From Candidatus Zhuqueibacterota bacterium (GTDB lineage: Bacteria; Zhuqueibacterota; JdFR-76; DREG01), in the NCBI GenBank assembly GCA_022566355.1, contig JADFJB010000003.1, positions 15,377-79,376 on the forward strand: a stretch of 64,000 nucleotides of DNA. The letters run 5' to 3'. How positions within the stretch are numbered: position 1 is the first letter of the stretch; the number at the start of each line of letters is the position of its first letter. The position numbers and the translations under genes were made by a program. Shown one piece after another: positions 58,103-64,000 of the stretch. The notes below the pieces were generated by a model. That model did no database searches. It had not been told where the DNA came from and saw only the letters and a program-made list of their open reading frames with translations.

Positions 58103-58777
58103 CGATGAACGCTCCTAATTCTTTTAGTTTGTTTAAAAGTGGTTCTCGCAACATCAATTAACGAGAGATCAAACTTGGCACTCTTCGATAACACCGACCG
58201 AAGTCGGTTACTCAAGATGCTTTTTATTGAAGCGAATTAAATCGAACAACGAGCATCCCGAGTAGCAATCAATATTTTTCAATGATTGCATATCGAAAGG
58301 TGCCAGGTAGCCGGAATAACCTTGCAAATTTAAATTTAAGTTTGCAAATATGACGAATTTTATTTTAAAATTCAAACTAAAAATCATTAACCAACCTAGT
58401 TCATAAATCGCAGTGTTCACTGGGCGCTGATTGTTTTTATAAGACCCAACCTCAGATTTTCTTTTTTCCAATTTAAATTACTTTGAAGACCAATGCGTTC
58501 TTTTAACTGTTTGTTTTTATTTGATCTCTATGTTTCTTAGCAATCTCAGCCTTGAATATTCCAGGTTAATCTTTCCGAAACGTATTAATTCAATGATGTC
58601 AAATTGAATACATTTAAGACCACTTTACAAATATTTGATTTTGTACCACAAATCGTTTACTTTCTTGACTGTTTTTTAAACAAAAAAAGAATGCAATTTG
58701 ATTTCTTCTTTGAGGATTCACTCGAATTGGGCATTGGATTTTATCTCCAGTAAATATCAATAAAAAAGGAAACGTAA

Positions 58778-61453
58778 ATGGATAACAATCACTATGATCT
58801 ACTAACTGAAGACGATATTGAGATTCATGAGTGGTTGGAATCTCTAGATTATGTGATCCAATCAGGAGGCGCAGATAGAGTTCGGACTTTATTGCGGCAA
58901 TTACAAGTTCATGCACAGAAATCCGGAATTTCCATTCCATTTACGGCTAATACCCCTTATATTAACACAATTCCGGTGGAAGATCAACCGCCATACCCTG
59001 GCAGCAGGGAGATCGAACGCCGCATAAAAAGTATTATTCGCTGGAACGCCATGGTCATGGTCGTCAGAGCAAATAGAACTGAAAGTGGTATAGGTGGTCA
59101 CATTTCCACTTATGCGTCAGCAGCAACTTTGCTTGAAGTGGGTTTTAATCATTTCTTTCGAGCAGGCGGCGAAAACAACGATGGCGACATTATCTTTTTC
59201 CAGGGACATGCTTCCCCTGGAATTTATGCTCGCGCTTTTCTGGAAGGAAGAATTTCAGAGACTGAGCTAATAAACTTTCGCAGGGAATTGCAACCGGAAG
59301 GTGGTTTGTCGTCTTATCCGCATCCCTGGCTGATGCCGGGATTTTGGCAATTTCCAACGGTATCTATGGGACTTGCCCCGATCATGGCAATCTACCAGGC
59401 TCGATTCAACGAGTATTTAGCGGATCGAGGTTTAAAGGATACAAAAAACTCAAAAATCTGGGCTTTCCTCGGCGATGGTGAAACAGATGAGCCTGAAGCG
59501 TTGGGAGCCATTACGCTGGCATCACGAGAAAAATTAGACAACCTGATTTTTGTGATCAACTGTAATTTGCAAAGATTGGATGGACCGGTTCGAGGTAACG
59601 GTAAAATCATTCAGGAACTTGAGGCGACATTCCGTGGTGCGGGCTGGAATGTCATTAAATTGATCTGGGGAGGTGACTGGGATCCATTAATAGCGAGCGA
59701 TCACGATGGTGTTCTTATTCGCCGGATGGAAGAAACAGTGGATGGCGAATACCAGAAATATACTGTTGAATCGGGCCAATATACGAGGCAACACTTTTTT
59801 GGCAAAGATCCTCGATTATTAAAACTTGTGGAAGGGCTTTCCGACGAACAGATCAGGAAATTGAAGCGCGGTGGTCACGATCCGGATAAAGTTTATGCGG
59901 CATATAAGGCAGCGGTAGAACATAGAGGATCACCGACGGTTATTATTGCCAAAACGGTCAAGGGTTATGGCATGGGTGAAAGTGGGGAAGGGAAGAATAT
60001 AACCCATCAACAGAAAAAACTGAATGAAGACGAAATGAGGGATTTTCGATCCCGGTTCGGCATTCCTATTTCCGATAAAGAAGTTGCTGAAGAAGCCTTT
60101 TACAAGCCGAAAGAAGATAGTCCGGAGTTAACTTATTTGCATGAGCGCAGAAAAAAACTAGGTGGTTATCTTCCGTCCCGATCGGTGAAAGTGAAACCAA
60201 TAAAAACTCCGAGTGAAAAAGTATTTGAAGAGTTTTATAAAGGTACTGATGGCAGGGAAGTTTCCAGCACGATGGTTTTTGTTCGCATTTTAGCAAAGTT
60301 GCTCAGAGATGCTGACATTGGAAAATTACTCGTTCCCATAGTGCCGGACGAAGCCCGAACTTTTGGTATGGAAGCTTTATTCCGTCAGGTTGGTATTTAT
60401 GCCCATGCTGGACAGCTTTACGAGCCGGTTGACAAAGACAGTCTCCTTTATTATAAAGAAGCGCAGGATGGCCAAATTTTAGAGGAAGGAATTACTGAGG
60501 CCGGATCGATATCTTCTTTTATTGCGGCAGGTACAGCTTACGCAACCCACGGTATTAATGCGATTCCGTTTTTTATTTTCTATTCCATGTTTGGTTTGCA
60601 AAGAGTGGGTGACCTGATCTGGGCCGCTGGAGATATTCGGTGCAAGGGATTTCTTATCGGTGGAACCGCAGGGCGGACCACGCTGAATGGTGAAGGGCTG
60701 CAGCATCAGGATGGACATAGCCATATGCTGGCCTATCCGGTACCAAACTTAGTTACTTACGATCCTGCATATGCATATGAGTTGGCCGTCATCATTCGAG
60801 ATGGCATCTATCGGATGTATGAGAAACAAGAATCTGTTTTTTATTACATAACTGTTATGAACGAAAATTATGCGATGCCGAGCATGCCAAAAGGCGTTAA
60901 AGAAGGGATCCTCAAAGGCATGTATCGCCTTGAAAAATCCAAAAAGAAAGATTCGAAATTACAAGCACATCTGTTTGGCAGTGGTACAATCTTGAATGAA
61001 GCCATAAAAGCAAAAGATATGTTGGAAAAGAATTACAATGTAGCCACTGACGTCTGGAGTGTTACCAGCTATAAAGAGCTACACCGTGATGCACTTGATG
61101 CGGAGCGCTGGAATATGTTGCATCCGGATGAGAATCCTCGAGTGTCTTACATTTCAAAATTATTAGAAAAAGAAAAAGGCGTTTTTGTAGCGGTGTCAGA
61201 TTATTTAAAAGCATTGCCTGAATTAATTTCCAGGTGGGTGCCTGGTCGATTGATGCCCCTTGGAACGGACGGTTTTGGCAGAAGCGAAACAAGAGAGGCG
61301 TTGCGGAATCATTTTGAGGTTGATGCACGATGGATTACTGTTGCAGTGCTTTACAATCTGGTCAAAGAAAACAAAATAAAGCTTACAGTGTTGAAAAAGG
61401 CATTTAAGGAGCTTGATATCGACCAGGAAAAAGCGAATCCACTTTTTGTTTAA
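58778..61453 (+). CDS. aceE: pyruvate dehydrogenase E1 component (homodimeric type)
   Basis: 891 aa. ThDP-binding GDGE...N and transketolase-like domains. Followed directly by E2 and E3. Confidence 0.95.
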   Translation: MDNNHYDLLTEDDIEIHEWLESLDYVIQSGGADRVRTLLRQLQVHAQKSGISIPFTANTPYINTIPVEDQPPYPGSREIERRIKSIIRWNAMVMVVRANRTESGIGGHISTYASAATLLEVGFNHFFRAGGENNDGDIIFFQGHASPGIYARAFLEGRISETELINFRRELQPEGGLSSYPHPWLMPGFWQFPTVSMGLAPIMAIYQARFNEYLADRGLKDTKNSKIWAFLGDGETDEPEALGAITLASREKLDNLIFVINCNLQRLDGPVRGNGKIIQELEATFRGAGWNVIKLIWGGDWDPLIASDHDGVLIRRMEETVDGEYQKYTVESGQYTRQHFFGKDPRLLKLVEGLSDEQIRKLKRGGHDPDKVYAAYKAAVEHRGSPTVIIAKTVKGYGMGESGEGKNITHQQKKLNEDEMRDFRSRFGIPISDKEVAEEAFYKPKEDSPELTYLHERRKKLGGYLPSRSVKVKPIKTPSEKVFEEFYKGTDGREVSSTMVFVRILAKLLRDADIGKLLVPIVPDEARTFGMEALFRQVGIYAHAGQLYEPVDKDSLLYYKEAQDGQILEEGITEAGSISSFIAAGTAYATHGINAIPFFIFYSMFGLQRVGDLIWAAGDIRCKGFLIGGTAGRTTLNGEGLQHQDGHSHMLAYPVPNLVTYDPAYAYELAVIIRDGIYRMYEKQESVFYYITVMNENYAMPSMPKGVKEGILKGMYRLEKSKKKDSKLQAHLFGSGTILNEAIKAKDMLEKNYNVATDVWSVTSYKELHRDALDAERWNMLHPDENPRVSYISKLLEKEKGVFVAVSDYLKALPELISRWVPGRLMPLGTDGFGRSETREALRNHFEVDARWITVAVLYNLVKENKIKLTVLKKAFKELDIDQEKANPLFV

Positions 61454-61509
61454 GGAGATTCCTTAAAGATAACGTTTAACTTTTTTAATTAGAATAGGAT
61501 AGAATTAAT

Positions 61510-62856
61510 ATGAGTAGTGAAGTACGCCTGCCGGAACTTGGGGAAAACATTGAAGCTGGTGACATTATCCAGGTTTTGGTTTCGGTTGGAGATACCATCG
61601 ATCTGGAGCAGCCAATTATAGAACTTGAAACGGATAAAGCTGTGGTTGAAGTTCCATCCCCGGTAAGTGGTAAAGTAACCAAAATTCATGTCAAGGCTGG
61701 TGAAAGTTTAAAAGTGGGTGCTGTAGTTTTATTAGTCGATGTAAATAGTGGGGATACGATTGCAGGAAAACAGGAAGCTGTCGAAGACGCGCCAACAAAA
61801 GAAGAAGCCAAAGATGTTATTGAATCAGAACCACATGAACCAGATAAGCCGGTTGAACAAAGTTCGAGTGCTGAAATCAAACCGGAAGCTGCCGAAGTTC
61901 CACAGGTCGAAGCCAAACTGCCAGTAGAGAAACCCATTGACAGACCTTCAGGACCAAGAAATGTTGCACCTGCAGCTCCTTCAGTTCGTCGACTCGCGCG
62001 TGAGATTGGCATCGATATTAATCAAGTAGCAGGGTCCGGACCATCAGGACGAATTTCTGCTGACGATATAAAGAATCATTCCAAGAAATTGTTGCAAGGC
62101 GGTTCACCATTGGCGTCTGTTCAGGTTGAAATTTTACCTGATTTTTCCAAATGGGGCGAAATCGAACGAAAACCGATGAGCAACGTTCGCAGGAAGACGG
62201 CTCACCACTTAAGTTATGCCTGGGCGACCATACCCCATGTTACCCAATATGACAAGGCAGACATCACCAATGTTGAAAAATTCAGAAAAGAGTTTGGCAA
62301 GAAAGTTGAGCAAGCTGGTGCAAAATTAACAACGACTGCAATCCTGATAAAAATTGTTGCTTCTGCATTAAAGCTTTATCAACAATTTAATGCCAGTGTC
62401 GATATGGCGAACAATGAAATTATTTACAAAAACTACCTTCATATTGGAGTGGCGGTAGACACTGAGAGGGGATTATTGGTACCGGTAATCCGGAATGTCG
62501 ATCAGAAAAATATTATAGAAATCTCAATTGAACTAGCAGAGTTAGCGGCAAAAGCCAGGGATAAAAAAATATCACTTGAAGAAATGCAAGGTGCATCCTT
62601 TACTATTTCTAACCTTGGTGGATTGGGAGGCACTTATTTCTCCCCTGTTATCAATTCTCCGGAAGTTGCTATTCTCGGCGTCTCACGTGGTAAAATGGAG
62701 CCGGTTTACATTGATGGAGAATTTATTCCAAGGTTGATGCTGCCACTCTCATTATCTTACGATCACCGCGTCATAGATGGCGCTGAGGCAGTAAGATTTT
62801 TAAGATGGACCGTTGGCGCTCTTGAGCAGCCGTTCCTGATTTCTCTGGAGGGCTAA
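61510..62856 (+). CDS. aceF: dihydrolipoamide acetyltransferase (PDH E2) with one lipoyl domain
   Basis: Lipoyl Lys in ELETDKAVVEVPSP. An Ala/Pro-rich linker. The E3-binding domain PSVRRLAREIGIDINQVAGSGPSGRISADDI. The catalytic DHRVIDGA motif. Confidence 0.9.
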   Translation: MSSEVRLPELGENIEAGDIIQVLVSVGDTIDLEQPIIELETDKAVVEVPSPVSGKVTKIHVKAGESLKVGAVVLLVDVNSGDTIAGKQEAVEDAPTKEEAKDVIESEPHEPDKPVEQSSSAEIKPEAAEVPQVEAKLPVEKPIDRPSGPRNVAPAAPSVRRLAREIGIDINQVAGSGPSGRISADDIKNHSKKLLQGGSPLASVQVEILPDFSKWGEIERKPMSNVRRKTAHHLSYAWATIPHVTQYDKADITNVEKFRKEFGKKVEQAGAKLTTTAILIKIVASALKLYQQFNASVDMANNEIIYKNYLHIGVAVDTERGLLVPVIRNVDQKNIIEISIELAELAAKARDKKISLEEMQGASFTISNLGGLGGTYFSPVINSPEVAILGVSRGKMEPVYIDGEFIPRLMLPLSLSYDHRVIDGAEAVRFLRWTVGALEQPFLISLEG

Positions 62857-62922
62857 AATACATTCCTCTCTTCCTTATGTTTTTCACTATAAATCACTAT
62901 TTAATATTCTTGGAGATGAAGA

Positions 62923-64000
62923 ATGACTGACAACGCTAATTCCATTCAATTGGTCATTATTGGCGCTGGACCTGGTGGTTATGCCGCGGCATATTTAGCT
63001 GCTGATTTAGGTATGAAGGTTACTCTTATAGATAAAGAAGCCAACCCTGGTGGGGTTTGCTTATACGTCGGATGTATTCCATCGAAAGCACTGCTGCACG
63101 TTGCTAAAGTGATTACAGAAGCCGAGGAGGCAAAGGATTGGGGTTTGGAATTCTCTACTCCAAAAATTGATATTGATAAAATGCGTGAATGGAAAAATCA
63201 GGTTGTCGGGAAACTTACCGGCGGACTAGGTCAAATGAACAAACAGCGTAAAGTTAACTATATTCAGGGCAGCGCAAAATTTCTAAATAATAAGTCACTT
63301 CATATTTCCAAAAGCGATGGCAGTGAAGAACAACTAACTTTTGAGAATGCGATTATCGCAACTGGCTCTCGACCATCAGTTATTCCAAGTTTGAGTATCG
63401 ATTCACCAAACGTATTGAATTCTACAACAGCTTTGGAAATTAAAAAAATTCCGAAAACCATGTTGGTCATTGGCGGCGGATATATTGGGCTTGAACTTGG
63501 GACTGTATATGCGGCGCTTGGAACAAAAGTTTCTGTTGTTGAAATGATGCCTGGATTGTTGCCAGGCGCCGATCTGGATTTGGTCAGGCAATTGAATAAA
63601 AGGTTGTCAAGAAAATTTGATAGCATAATGCTGGAAACCACAGTAACGGAAATTAAGGAGACAAAATCCGGGATCAAGGTAAAATTTGAAGGTAAGAATG
63701 CTTCGGAAGGAGAAAAGATTTATGAAAACGTTTTGGTTTCGGTTGGCCGACGTCCAAATTCTGAAGACTTTGGTTTAGAGAATACAACGGTAAAAGTGAA
63801 TGAAAAGGGTTTCATCGAAATTGATGCCCAGAGACGAACTGCTGAACCATCAATTTATGCAATTGGTGATGTTGCCGGAGAGCCGATGTTGGCACACAAA
63901 GCATCTCATGAGGGTCGTACAGCAGTTGAGGTAATCGCAGGTCATAAAGTGGCCTTTGAACCGGCAGCCATTCCTGCCGTTGTTTTTACTGATCCGGAGT
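62923..64000 (+). CDS. lpd: dihydrolipoyl dehydrogenase (E3), N-terminal about 359 codons; continues beyond window end
   Basis: FAD motif GAGPGGYAAA. Redox-active disulfide GGVCLYVGCIPSK. NAD motif GGGYIGLELG. No stop codon before position 64000. Confidence 0.9.
   Translation, partial: MTDNANSIQLVIIGAGPGGYAAAYLAADLGMKVTLIDKEANPGGVCLYVGCIPSKALLHVAKVITEAEEAKDWGLEFSTPKIDIDKMREWKNQVVGKLTGGLGQMNKQRKVNYIQGSAKFLNNKSLHISKSDGSEEQLTFENAIIATGSRPSVIPSLSIDSPNVLNSTTALEIKKIPKTMLVIGGGYIGLELGTVYAALGTKVSVVEMMPGLLPGADLDLVRQLNKRLSRKFDSIMLETTVTEIKETKSGIKVKFEGKNASEGEKIYENVLVSVGRRPNSEDFGLENTTVKVNEKGFIEIDAQRRTAEPSIYAIGDVAGEPMLAHKASHEGRTAVEVIAGHKVAFEPAAIPAVVFTDPE

Noticed and set aside
1-64000. tRNA, rRNA or tmRNA genes
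   Set aside because: No T-loop (GTTCGAATC-like) or acceptor-stem patterns were found on either strand by eye. None are reported.

Overview
The window is a low-GC bacterial chromosomal segment that looks like the FCB group (Bacteroidota, Ignavibacteriota or Calditrichota-like). The evidence for that placement is T9SS C-terminal sorting domains, lipoproteins, a TonB-dependent receptor and AT-rich promoters. Reading left to right it contains the following.

1. 1-11.3 kb, minus strand: a PUL-like surface-protein locus. It holds two lipoproteins, a TonB-dependent receptor, and two tandem paralogous T9SS-CTD cargo proteins with an outer-membrane beta-barrel gene between them.
2. An XRE-cupin regulator, followed by an amino-acid permease and amidohydrolase_2 operon, and a REC-GAF-PP2C phosphatase.
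3. A small accessory islet with REP-like hairpin repeat arrays, a 173-bp MITE with perfect 22-bp terminal inverted repeats, a DUF5615 PIN-like gene and yjjX.
4. An ABC-2 exporter pair, a transsulfuration pair (CysK/CBS-like plus CGL), an orphan B12-radical-SAM enzyme, a RAYT/IS200-like Y1 transposase, and a Hanks kinase-TPR gene.
5. Dienelactone hydrolase, a KH-domain protein, a DUF2911-TPR protein, and an aromatic amino-acid decarboxylase plus EamA exporter pair.
6. A sulfur locus that stands out: TusA-like x2, a DsrE-like protein and a GC-rich (apparently horizontally acquired) rhodanese-MBL gene, followed by a PsrB-NrfD fusion and a twin-arginine-less molybdopterin oxidoreductase catalytic subunit, then SulP, MobA, MoeA and ModA-Mop-ModB-ModC.
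7. A RelE/ParE toxin-antitoxin module flanked by a diverged duplicate of the fabI 3' end.
8. fabI and aceE-aceF-lpd.

Five genes carry single-base frameshifts at homopolymer runs. These are probably sequencing or assembly artefacts rather than true pseudogenes.

Caveats: coordinates of CDSs follow the supplied ORF track where possible; non-CDS coordinates were counted by eye and may be off by a few bases. Nothing was searched against any database.
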